Positions 39,008 through 47,939 of a stretch of DNA of 64,000 nt are shown here, piece after piece (within the stretch, counting starts at the first letter, position 1; each line of letters starts with the position of its first letter). Source of the DNA: Candidatus Cloacimonadota bacterium (GTDB lineage: Bacteria; Cloacimonadota; Cloacimonadia; JGIOTU-2); NCBI GenBank assembly GCA_049903315.1, contig JBNGBT010000003.1:64001-128000 (forward strand). The letters run 5' to 3'. Under the pieces are notes generated by a model that saw only the letters and a list, made by a program, of their open reading frames with translations, was not told the DNA's origin and ran no database searches. The translations under genes were made by a program, and so were the position numbers.

Positions 39008-40154
39008 GTGCGACCTCTTCAATTGCGTGCAGCACGTCTTCAAATTTATGTATGCCGCCACCGGGATGTGGAACAAGTTTGACGTGTGAATTGTCATGTG
39101 AGCATCGTTCTACTTCGAGTGATATTTGCCCGAGATTCATTTCGGGAACGATAAAACCAGCCACTTTTCCTGAAAGTTTGCGTATTTTTTCTTCGGGGAA
39201 AGGCCATACTGTTTTTAAGCGTAAATATCCAACTTTAATTCCCTTTTTCTTTGCCATAGTTATCGCAGGGAGAACAGTGCGGGATGTAATTCCATAGGAA
39301 ATCACGATCACATCTGCACCTTTGATATCATATTCTTCAGTTAGAGAAATATCATTTATATTATTTTTGATTTTATTCACAAGCCTGGGCACGAGTTCTT
39401 CCTGGCATTCAACGGACATGTCTGGATAACCACGTCTGTCATGAGTGAGTCCTGTTGTATGATAGCGATATCCGTCACCAGCTTTTGCAAAATCAGGGAT
39501 TAGATTTTTACCATAATCATATGCGAGATAATCTGCTGGTTTTTTATTTGTATATTTCCTATTAATAATCTCAAGTTCTTCAATTGGGGGAATGATAACT
39601 TTCTCTGTCATGTGTCCTACGAGTGCGTCTGCCATAAGGAAAACTGGTAGTCTGTACTTTTCAGAAAAATTGAAAGCAGTTACTGTGAGATCAAAGAATT
39701 CCTGGGGTGAGTTCGGTACAAGAGAGATACTTCCGTAGTCACCATGTGAACCCCATCGAGCCTGCATCATATCTGATTGTCCCCAGGTGGTTGGAAGTCC
39801 TGTGGAAGGCGAACCTCTTTGTACATTGACCACTACGCATGGAGCTTCCATCATCATACCAAGACCGATGTTCTCGTTCATGAGCGAGATGCCCGGTCCA
39901 GATGTTGCGGTCATGGATTTCATGCCAGCCCACGAAGCGCCGAGTATTCCTGCCATTGATGCAATTTCGTCTTCATACTGTATAAATACTCCCTGAAGAA
40001 GCGGGAGTCTCATTGCCATACGTTCTGCAATTTCTGATGCGGGAGTTATAGGATAGCCCCCAAAGAAACGGCACCCGGCAGCAAGTGCACCTTCAGCACA
40101 GGCGATATCGCCCTGCATGAAAAATTCACCATGTAATCGTGATTCTTGGAACAC
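38997..40154 (-). CDS. korA: 2-oxoacid:ferredoxin oxidoreductase alpha subunit
   Basis: GYPITPASE, EDEIAS, TATSGPG, QRGSPSTGLPT and EMNLGQ. Confidence 0.88.
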   Translation of the reverse strand: MFQESRLHGEFFMQGDIACAEGALAAGCRFFGGYPITPASEIAERMAMRLPLLQGVFIQYEDEIASMAGILGASWAGMKSMTATSGPGISLMNENIGLGMMMEAPCVVVNVQRGSPSTGLPTTWGQSDMMQARWGSHGDYGSISLVPNSPQEFFDLTVTAFNFSEKYRLPVFLMADALVGHMTEKVIIPPIEELEIINRKYTNKKPADYLAYDYGKNLIPDFAKAGDGYRYHTTGLTHDRRGYPDMSVECQEELVPRLVNKIKNNINDISLTEEYDIKGADVIVISYGITSRTVLPAITMAKKKGIKVGYLRLKTVWPFPEEKIRKLSGKVAGFIVPEMNLGQISLEVERCSHDNSHVKLVPHPGGGIHKFEDVLHAIEEVAHGK

Positions 40155-40414
40155 TATTCCTCCTTCTCAGTAACAAATATTGCAAAATCAGGACAGATCA
40201 TTTCACATAAGCCACAAAAAGTACACTTGTCCGGTTTTGCGACAACAGGAGGATGATATCCCTTTTTGTTAAAATCCTTGGAGAGTTCAAGTACATCTCT
40301 GGGACAGTACTCGATACAGAAGGAGCATCCTTTACATCGATCGGTGATGATATGGATTTCTCCGCATATTGTTTTGGGTTTTTCTTTCCCAAATGGCTTT
40401 TCCCAATATCTCAT
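40154..40414 (-). CDS. korD: 2-oxoacid:ferredoxin oxidoreductase delta (2x[4Fe-4S] ferredoxin) subunit
   Basis: CKGCSFCIEYCP and CTFCGLCEMICPDFAI. Confidence 0.85.
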   Translation of the reverse strand: MRYWEKPFGKEKPKTICGEIHIITDRCKGCSFCIEYCPRDVLELSKDFNKKGYHPPVVAKPDKCTFCGLCEMICPDFAIFVTEKEE

Positions 40415-40603
40415 TCAAAACTCCTTGGAGTTGATAATCGGAATTTGAAATTCTTCAATAGGCCGTAAAAATTTATATTTTCTTGAAACAAATACATTTA
40501 TTGAATCCTTTTTCAAGATTTTCAACCTGCTGTTCTTCGATAAATTATAATTTCTAATTTCAAAAATTTCTTTCGTATTTTATCTAGTTTCAAATTTCGA
40601 GTT

Positions 40604-41164
40604 TCAAGTTTCAATTTTATATTTCTCGACACCTTCCTGATAGATGTCATTTCCATAAATATCATTTGCGACAATGCACGGAAAATCCTCGACTTTGAGT
40701 TCGCGAATTGCTTCAGTTCCGAGATCATCGTAAGCAATCACTTTTGCAGCAGTAATGGATTTGGCAACGACCACTGCAGCTCCGCCGATCGCAGCGAGAT
40801 ACACTGCCTTGTTCTTTTTCATGGAATCGATAACTGCCTGACTGCGAGGACCTTTGCCGATCATGCCTTTGAGTCCGACATCCATAAGTGCAGGTGCATA
40901 GGGGTCCATTCTATAGCTTGTGGTAGGACCTGCAGAACCGATCGGTTTTCCGGGAGGAGCCGGAGCAGGACCAACGTAATATATTATTTGCCCTTTTATA
41001 TCAAAGGGAAGTTCTTTTCCTGCTTCAACAAGATCGACCAACCGCTTGTGTGCTGCATCCCGCCCTGTGTAGATCGTTCCGGAAATAAGCACTTTGTCGC
41101 CGATAGAAAGTTTGGAAACATCTTCATCTGTCAAAGGAGTCTGCAATTTTACTGTCTGTGCCAT
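40604..41164 (-). CDS. Class I Fe-S fumarate hydratase, beta subunit (tartrate/fumarate hydro-lyase family)
   Basis: GRDAAHKR, GPTTSYRMD, MIGKG and DLGTEAI. Confidence 0.9.
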   Translation of the reverse strand: MAQTVKLQTPLTDEDVSKLSIGDKVLISGTIYTGRDAAHKRLVDLVEAGKELPFDIKGQIIYYVGPAPAPPGKPIGSAGPTTSYRMDPYAPALMDVGLKGMIGKGPRSQAVIDSMKKNKAVYLAAIGGAAVVVAKSITAAKVIAYDDLGTEAIRELKVEDFPCIVANDIYGNDIYQEGVEKYKIET

Positions 41165-41176
41165 GTGATTTCCTCC

Positions 41177-42022
41177 TTAAATGACTGCTGTTTTATGCCG
41201 TGCTGCATGACATTGAATGTTCACTGCTACAGGCATTGAAGCAATGTGACAAGGTTTGTACATGATGGACACAGCGAGAGCAGTTGTTCTGCCACCGAAT
41301 CCCTGGGGACCGATCCCGAGCTTGTTCACTTTTTCCAGAATTTCCGCTTCTACTTTTGCCCATTTTTTTTCAGGATGAGATTCATTGAGGGGGCGGAGCA
41401 GTGATTTTTTGGCAAGAAGTGCACTCTGCTCAAAGTTCCCGCCAAGACCGACACCTACAACTATTGGAGGACAAGGATTTCCACCGGAACGTCTTACGCG
41501 GTCAACGACAAAATTCACCACGCCCTCGATGCCGTCCGCAGCTTTCATCATTTTCACTTCGCTCATGTTCTCGGAACCACCGCCTTTAGGTGCAACGGTG
41601 ATCTTTATTTTCTCGCCGGGCACAATATCAGTATAAATGAGTCCGGGAGTGTTATCTTTTGTGTTCACACGACCGATGATAGGGTCATCAACAAGAGACT
41701 TACGTAAATAGCCATCTTTATAACCCTGACGGATGCCTTCATGGATCGCTTCATAAAAATCTCCACCCACGAGATGAACATCCTGTCCGAGCTCGACAAA
41801 AACAACTGCCACACCGGTATCCTGGCAGGATGGCATTTTTTCTTTGGCTGCCAGTTCATAATTTTCCAGAAGGATAGCAAGCACTTCCTTTGCTGTTGGA
41901 GACTCTTCTTTTTCGTAAAATTCCTTGATCTTATCTAGCACATCTTCACCAATGTAATAGTTGGCATCGATACACAGTTTTTTGACAACAGGAATAATTT
42001 CTTTTACATCGATTTCTCTCAC
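41177..42022 (-). CDS. Class I Fe-S fumarate hydratase, alpha subunit
   Basis: CQDTG, YLRKS, PKGGGSEN, GNPCPP, GIGPQGFGG and CHAARH. Confidence 0.9.
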   Translation of the reverse strand: MREIDVKEIIPVVKKLCIDANYYIGEDVLDKIKEFYEKEESPTAKEVLAILLENYELAAKEKMPSCQDTGVAVVFVELGQDVHLVGGDFYEAIHEGIRQGYKDGYLRKSLVDDPIIGRVNTKDNTPGLIYTDIVPGEKIKITVAPKGGGSENMSEVKMMKAADGIEGVVNFVVDRVRRSGGNPCPPIVVGVGLGGNFEQSALLAKKSLLRPLNESHPEKKWAKVEAEILEKVNKLGIGPQGFGGRTTALAVSIMYKPCHIASMPVAVNIQCHAARHKTAVI

Positions 42023-42031
42023 GAAAACTCC

Positions 42032-42901
42032 TTATGATAAAACTTCTATGGTTGCTTGTCCGATATCAGCAGGTGATTTGCAAACACGTACACTGGCCTG
42101 TTCAAGGGCGGTCATCTTTTCCTGAGCAGTACCCTTGCTGCCTGCAATGATAGCGCCTGCATGTCCCATCCGCTTTCCTTTGGGCGCGGTCTGCCCAGCG
42201 ATGAAAGCAACAACGGGTTTTTTCATATGATTTTTTATATAATGAGCTGCCTGGATTTCAAGGTCGCCACCGATCTCGCCTATGATAACCACCGCATGAG
42301 TTTCGGGATCGTCTTCAAAACGTTTCAGCAGATCGATAAATGTCGAGCCTATGATCGGGTCACCGCCGATACCGATGGCAGTAGTAACACCCAATCCTGC
42401 TTTCACAACCTGATTTGCAGCTTCGTAGGTTAGGGTGCCGGATTTCGATATGACACCGACATGCCCTTTTTTGAAAATACTTCCCGGCATAATGCCGATC
42501 TTTGCTTCACCTGCCGTGATGATGCCCGGACAGTTCGGTCCGATGAGTACTGAGCCCTTTTTTGTGACGTACATTTTTGCATACATAACATCAAGTGTGG
42601 GAATGCCTTCGGAAATACACACGATAACTTTAATGCCTGCATCGGCAGCTTCCATGATTGCATCTGCAGCAAAAGATGGCGGAACGAGAATGAGTGAGGT
42701 GTCAGCTCCGGTATGATCAACCGCATCTTTGACTGTGCTGAACACAGGTCTGCCAAGATGGATCTGACCTCCTTTACCGGGGGTTACACCACCAACTATA
42801 TTCGTGCCGTATTCAATACACTGCTCTGCATGAAAGGTAGCTTCTTTGCCCGTAAAACCCTGCACTATAACTTTCGAATTTTTATTTACTAATATTCCCA
42901 T
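42032..42901 (-). CDS. sucD: Succinyl-CoA ligase alpha subunit
   Basis: [36 protein letters not shown] and MGHAGA (phospho-His). Confidence 0.96.
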   Translation of the reverse strand: MGILVNKNSKVIVQGFTGKEATFHAEQCIEYGTNIVGGVTPGKGGQIHLGRPVFSTVKDAVDHTGADTSLILVPPSFAADAIMEAADAGIKVIVCISEGIPTLDVMYAKMYVTKKGSVLIGPNCPGIITAGEAKIGIMPGSIFKKGHVGVISKSGTLTYEAANQVVKAGLGVTTAIGIGGDPIIGSTFIDLLKRFEDDPETHAVVIIGEIGGDLEIQAAHYIKNHMKKPVVAFIAGQTAPKGKRMGHAGAIIAGSKGTAQEKMTALEQASVRVCKSPADIGQATIEVLS

Positions 42902-42903
42902 GA

Positions 42904-44073
42904 TCACACTCCCTTTGCCGCTTCAACTGCTTTTTGAGCTCCATCAGCGAGACTGCTGGCAGAAATAATATTTGGAATGTGTGCTTTTTGGAGAATTTCC
43001 TGCGCGATTTCAGCATTCGTTCCATCCAGCCGGACAATGACAGGAACAGAAACATTAGTCTCTTTTGCAGCATCGAGTATGCCGTTTGCAATCCTGTCAC
43101 AGCGAACGATCCCGCCGAAAATGTTCACAAAGATCGCTTTTACATTTTTATCTCTGAGAATGATTTCGAAGCCCTTTGCTACAGTTTCTGCCGAAGCATC
43201 TCCGCCGACATCGAGGAAATTTGCTGGTTCGCCGCCTTTGATTTTAATAATATCCATCGTGGACATCGCAAGCCCAGCGCCGTTTACCATGCATCCTACA
43301 TTGCCGTCGAGTTTGATGTAATTCAGGTTGAAATTACTCGCTTCCAGTTCAGTTGGTTCTTCTTCGGAAAGATCACGCATCTCAAGAATATCCGGATGTC
43401 TGAACAGGGCGTTATCATCAAAATTTATTTTTGCATCGAGTGCAATAAAGGTGTCATCATCTTTCAGTACAAGGGGATTAATTTCGATAAGACTCGCGTC
43501 TTTTTCTTTATAGAGTTTATACAAAGCACGGGCAAATTGTGCAAAATTACGGGATTGCAATTTATCCAACCCAAGCCCGTTCGCAAGCATCACACCATGA
43601 AAATTCCTAAAGCCGATCAGGGGATCGATGCGTACTTTAATTATCTTTTCCGGAGATTCCGCAGCGACTTTTTCGATTTCCATTCCGCCTTCGGTCGATA
43701 CGATCATCACAGGCATTTCTGATCCGCGGTCAAGCACCAGCCCAAGATAATATTCTTTCTTGATTGGTGCAACTTCTTCGATATAGATTTTCTGAACGAG
43801 TTTGCCTTTGGGACCTGTCTGGTGAGTGACCAATTTCATGCCCAGCATATTCTCTGCAATGGTTTTTACATCTTCAATCGAGGATGCGATTTTAACTCCG
43901 CCGCCCTTTCCTCTGCCGCCTGCATGCACTTGTGCTTTAACTACCCATTTTTTGCTGTCGATCTCTCGGGCTGCTTCTATTGCTTGCTCAGGAGTCTCGG
44001 CCATCGTGCCGTGTGGGATTGTCACACCATAATGTTTGAAAAGCTGTTTCGCTTGATATTCATGAATATTCAT
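42904..44073 (-). CDS. sucC: Succinyl-CoA ligase beta subunit
   Basis: [42 protein letters not shown] and [10 protein letters not shown]. Confidence 0.96.
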   Translation of the reverse strand: MNIHEYQAKQLFKHYGVTIPHGTMAETPEQAIEAAREIDSKKWVVKAQVHAGGRGKGGGVKIASSIEDVKTIAENMLGMKLVTHQTGPKGKLVQKIYIEEVAPIKKEYYLGLVLDRGSEMPVMIVSTEGGMEIEKVAAESPEKIIKVRIDPLIGFRNFHGVMLANGLGLDKLQSRNFAQFARALYKLYKEKDASLIEINPLVLKDDDTFIALDAKINFDDNALFRHPDILEMRDLSEEEPTELEASNFNLNYIKLDGNVGCMVNGAGLAMSTMDIIKIKGGEPANFLDVGGDASAETVAKGFEIILRDKNVKAIFVNIFGGIVRCDRIANGILDAAKETNVSVPVIVRLDGTNAEIAQEILQKAHIPNIISASSLADGAQKAVEAAKGV

Positions 44074-44267
44074 ATGATTTTATCAATCTAAAAAATTTAG
44101 TGTGCTCGTAAGAACACGGCATGTTGCTTGTCAAGTGAAATCGGATTTTTCTCGAAAATTTTGGGGAATTTGTTTATTTGCAATTAATTGAGATAAAGTT
44201 CAAGCTTATATATAGTGTAAAAGAGTAATAATTTTTGCAATTTAATTACGGCGTTAAATCCCAATAT

Positions 44268-44299
44268 AAAAAAAGAGACGCACTCTCGTACGTCTCTTT
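44268..44299 (-). terminator. Rho-independent terminator after the carboxypeptidase gene
   Basis: AAAGAGACG...CGTCTCTTT stem with a U-tract on the minus strand. Confidence 0.7.
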
Positions 44300-44322
44300 A
44301 TGTATAAGTAGCTCGCGTTGAG

Positions 44323-46818
44323 TTACTTCATTAAAACCATCTTTTTAATTGTTTCATTCTTCTCAGTTGAGAGCTTATAAAAATACACGCCAGAGGGTAC
44401 ATCATTTCCCTTGGTATCCCAGACGATATTTCTGCTTAAAATGTCTTCGGGAGTTAATTCAATACGATCTACAAGCTGACCAAGAAGATTATAAATTGAT
44501 ATTTCTGCATGTTCTGTATTGGAAGGAAGTGAGAAAGCAAACTGTGTTGAATGTCTGAATGGATTCGGGTAGTTCTGATAGAGAGCAAAGGTATTTTGTG
44601 GAGCTGGGTCATCGTTTGAGTAATTATTCTCAAATTTATAAATCTTGAAATCATCAATATAAATACCGTCATCAGTTACATATGTATCAGTATCAAATTT
44701 GAATCTGAAATATACTGTTTGCCCGAGGTAATTAATAAGATCAAACGATTGAGTTTCCCAGGAAGTATGACTCCCTGTGTAGCTCTCGAGATCGGTCCAG
44801 TTTGTGCCATTGGTGGAGATCTGGAAATACGCAAAATCATAACCGGATTCTATAGAATATTTTGTCATAAACTCGACATGTGCAGATAGAGCGCTTGTTA
44901 GATCAATCGTTTCATTCAGAGTTGCGTAGGAGAGTTCATTGTTGCCATATTCTCCATCCGGACTGTCCGCAAGTGAGAATAAGCCGCTATAACTTTGCGT
45001 GGTGCTCAAACCCCAATCACCTGTAGTGTTCCATTTTCCTGAACCGAGTTCAAGATCATCAATAAAGAAGGGCTCAACCATGACGAATGTGTAGGTGTTT
45101 ACGAATTGCGATACGTCCATGACATAGGTAAAAGTGCCGTATGAAGTGGCAGTGATCTCTACTTCGTAACTGCCAAAGGGAACATTATCGATCTGGGCGT
45201 AGCCCGTTGTATTTGTCGCAACTGTGTCCAGCGGGGTGTCAAGCACACAAATATCTGCATTTGGGATCGCAAAGCCGTCCTCATTTTTGAGGTTGATATG
45301 AACATTGACCGTTGCTGCAGGGATAAGCTCAACATCGAGTTCTGTTTGAAAACCAGTAACGACCTGCACATCCTCGATCGTTTTCGGAATGTAACCGAAG
45401 GCAGAGAATGTGAGATCATACATTCCAGGGAGTAGAATTCTGTAATAACGTCCGAAATCAGGTCCGCTCATGTATGGTTCGACCTCAGTTCCTGTATCAT
45501 CAATGCTGTGGACAAAAACCTCAGCATCGAGAAAATCACCGGACAGACTGTCAGTAATATTACCTGTGATAACTCGGTCAAAAATTCTATCGATGAGTAT
45601 CAATCCTGCAGAAAGGTTATTATTAATGATTGAATTCATTGTTGTTGCACTGGGGATGAAACTTGTGCCGAGTTCTGTAATAAAATAAAAAATTCTTTCT
45701 ACACCATACCCATAATCGGTTGTGGTTCCCGAGCATGGATAGAGAGCATTTGTCTGCTGGGGAGTGTAGTGTCCACCATATTGAGACGGAACTGTCACAG
45801 CCATTTCCTGACCGAGATTTGCTAGAGCGCTCTGGTCGGGTGCCTGGCATGTCATACTGAAGCCAAGAGGCCACATTATGAGTTCGCTATAACTGTGGTA
45901 AGACATACCCAGATCAAACCTGTATTGCGCAAGAAGGTTTCTCAATGCACTGGTTTCAGGCTCAGAGAAAGGTTCTGGACCGCAGTATGTTTCACCGGTA
46001 GGTCCGCTTGTTCCTTCTCCACCAAACCACTCAAGTGGTCCGTAATTCCTGTTGCAGTCAACCCCATCAGGATATTGATAACCGCCCCAGGTGATCTGGC
46101 CGTTAAGATCATTATCTCTAATATTTTTTCTCCACGAAGTATCATCCTGACTGATCACGATCTTATGACCATCGGGATTAACAAGTGGGACGAACCAAAT
46201 CTGTGCATTATCAATCCAGAAAGTCACATCCGGGTCAGTGCCGTAGTTATCCACGAGGTAGTTCAGGATAAGCATTGTCAATTCCATACCAATGGGTTCA
46301 CGGGCATGGTGTCCGCCATCAAAAATAATATTGGGTTCATCTTCGTTGGATGTGACATTATCCGAAAGTTTAAGGCACCATATATCGTGCTGATAATCAT
46401 CATAATTTGTATTACCCCATGTGGAATAATACTTTCCTCGAGATTCGCCGATTGTGGTAAGAGTAATAAGACCTGGATTGCTGAAGGCAAGCTGGAGAAG
46501 CTCTGTTTTCATGTCATCGTAAGTGCGGTAGCCGTAAATATCTTTTGCCCTTGTGACGATATTTTCTTTCATTTTTGTTTCGGAATCCACAATGCGGAAG
46601 CGGTAACCAAGTTTGGAAATTTCAGGAAGTCTTTCCTCGTGGATGAAAATATCAATATATTTTTCCGGGAAATATGATGCGATATCATAATCGTTTTCCA
46701 AAAAGTATGAAGCGATTGCTCTCCCCGGGTTGTCAATACGGATTATAACTTTCTCGGCAAGAAGGGGAACAGAAAACAGGAGGGTAAAAACTAAAAGTGT
46801 AAAAATTGTCTTTTTCAT
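44323..46818 (-). CDS. Secreted M14 zinc carboxypeptidase with Ig-like and jelly-roll domains and a C-terminal sorting domain
   Basis: GGHHAREP (HxxE), NPDG, WRKN, DCNRNY, FSEPET, YHSYS and ELG, with C-terminal QNYPNPF...IYNLLGQLV...SGVYFYKL. Confidence 0.9.
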   Translation of the reverse strand: MKKTIFTLLVFTLLFSVPLLAEKVIIRIDNPGRAIASYFLENDYDIASYFPEKYIDIFIHEERLPEISKLGYRFRIVDSETKMKENIVTRAKDIYGYRTYDDMKTELLQLAFSNPGLITLTTIGESRGKYYSTWGNTNYDDYQHDIWCLKLSDNVTSNEDEPNIIFDGGHHAREPIGMELTMLILNYLVDNYGTDPDVTFWIDNAQIWFVPLVNPDGHKIVISQDDTSWRKNIRDNDLNGQITWGGYQYPDGVDCNRNYGPLEWFGGEGTSGPTGETYCGPEPFSEPETSALRNLLAQYRFDLGMSYHSYSELIMWPLGFSMTCQAPDQSALANLGQEMAVTVPSQYGGHYTPQQTNALYPCSGTTTDYGYGVERIFYFITELGTSFIPSATTMNSIINNNLSAGLILIDRIFDRVITGNITDSLSGDFLDAEVFVHSIDDTGTEVEPYMSGPDFGRYYRILLPGMYDLTFSAFGYIPKTIEDVQVVTGFQTELDVELIPAATVNVHINLKNEDGFAIPNADICVLDTPLDTVATNTTGYAQIDNVPFGSYEVEITATSYGTFTYVMDVSQFVNTYTFVMVEPFFIDDLELGSGKWNTTGDWGLSTTQSYSGLFSLADSPDGEYGNNELSYATLNETIDLTSALSAHVEFMTKYSIESGYDFAYFQISTNGTNWTDLESYTGSHTSWETQSFDLINYLGQTVYFRFKFDTDTYVTDDGIYIDDFKIYKFENNYSNDDPAPQNTFALYQNYPNPFRHSTQFAFSLPSNTEHAEISIYNLLGQLVDRIELTPEDILSRNIVWDTKGNDVPSGVYFYKLSTEKNETIKKMVLMK

Positions 46819-46961
46819 ATCTATGTCTCCGATCATTTTTTCTTCTATGAATATAATTTATAGTGAAATTTTGCAATGGCAATTTATTGTCAAATTTATT
46901 TGAATAAACTTTCGGGGGGTTTCAATTGACAAAAAATTTGAACAATTTTCTTTCTATGCTC

Positions 46962-47939
46962 ATGAAAAAGAAGGCATTGGTAACCGGAGCAAATGGATTT
47001 GTCGGCAGTAATCTTGTACGCGGGTTGCTGAAAAAAGGTTATCACGTTACCTGCATGGTAAGGCGTACGTCGAATCTCAGCTCGATCGATGGGCTTTCCG
47101 TATCATATAAATATGTGGACTATAACTCAATTCCTTCATTGCAGGAGGCATGTAAAGATCAGCAAATTGTTTTTCATATTGCTGCAAAAGTGCGGGAACT
47201 CACAGAAAAGCGATATTTTAATGCCAATGTAGAAGTAACAAGAAAACTACTCGAAGCAGTAAAAGGGAGTAGCGTTGAAAAATTCAATTTTCTAAGCACC
47301 CAAGCTGCCGCAGGACCTGCTCGAGGACTCAAACCCAAAAAAGAAACCTGTGAGTGTAATCCTATTTCATATTACGGGAAAAGTAAACTTGCAGCAGAAG
47401 AATTAGTTCGCGAAGAATGCCCGGTTCCATGGATCATTATTCGTCCTCCAAGCGTATATGGGCCGTACGACAGAGACTTTTTACAATATTTTAAACTCGT
47501 GAATAAACATCTCGCTCCGCTGGCTGGTTTCAAGAAAAAATATCTCAGTCTTGTCTATGTGGAAGATCTTGTGCGGATGATACTCCTTGCTGCAGAAAGC
47601 AAGCCTGCGCACAACCAAACGTTTTTTGCTGGAGATGGAAATATTTATAAACTTGAGAATTTTATTGATGCAGTAAAAAAAGCAATGGGGAAAAAAGTAA
47701 TAAATTTACACATACCGATTTTCCTAAGCTATCTTCTCGCACTTTTCAATGAAGGAATGAAACACTTCACAAAAAAGCAAGCAATAATAAATGTTCAGAA
47801 GGTCAAAGAAATGAAACAGTGCCATTGGCTTTGCAGTATTGAAAAAGCACAAAAATTACTCAATTACCAACCACATCATTCTCTGCAAGAGGGAGTGAAT
47901 GAAACCTATCAATGGTATAAGGAACATAAATGGTTATGA
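46962..47939 (+). CDS. NAD-dependent epimerase/dehydratase (extended SDR)
   Basis: LVTGANGFVG, YGKSK and IIRPPSVYGP. Confidence 0.9.
   Translation: MKKKALVTGANGFVGSNLVRGLLKKGYHVTCMVRRTSNLSSIDGLSVSYKYVDYNSIPSLQEACKDQQIVFHIAAKVRELTEKRYFNANVEVTRKLLEAVKGSSVEKFNFLSTQAAAGPARGLKPKKETCECNPISYYGKSKLAAEELVREECPVPWIIIRPPSVYGPYDRDFLQYFKLVNKHLAPLAGFKKKYLSLVYVEDLVRMILLAAESKPAHNQTFFAGDGNIYKLENFIDAVKKAMGKKVINLHIPIFLSYLLALFNEGMKHFTKKQAIINVQKVKEMKQCHWLCSIEKAQKLLNYQPHHSLQEGVNETYQWYKEHKWL

Noticed and set aside
40522..40737. 71-aa minus-strand ORF containing KLKLETRNLKL
   Set aside because: It is an alternative frame over the fumarase beta end and the heptamer repeats, so it is a by-product of the repeat rather than a gene.
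42934..43722. Long antisense ORFs (262 aa here; also 13273-13947, 34651-35280 and 45895-46677)
   Set aside because: They lie wholly opposite well-supported genes, have no recognisable motifs, and are typical shadow ORFs.
44100..44134. Promoter for the suc-hdr-mvh cluster (TTGACA on the minus strand at 44134-44129)
   Set aside because: The -35 box is perfect, but there is no convincing -10 at normal spacing, so it cannot be supported without transcript data.
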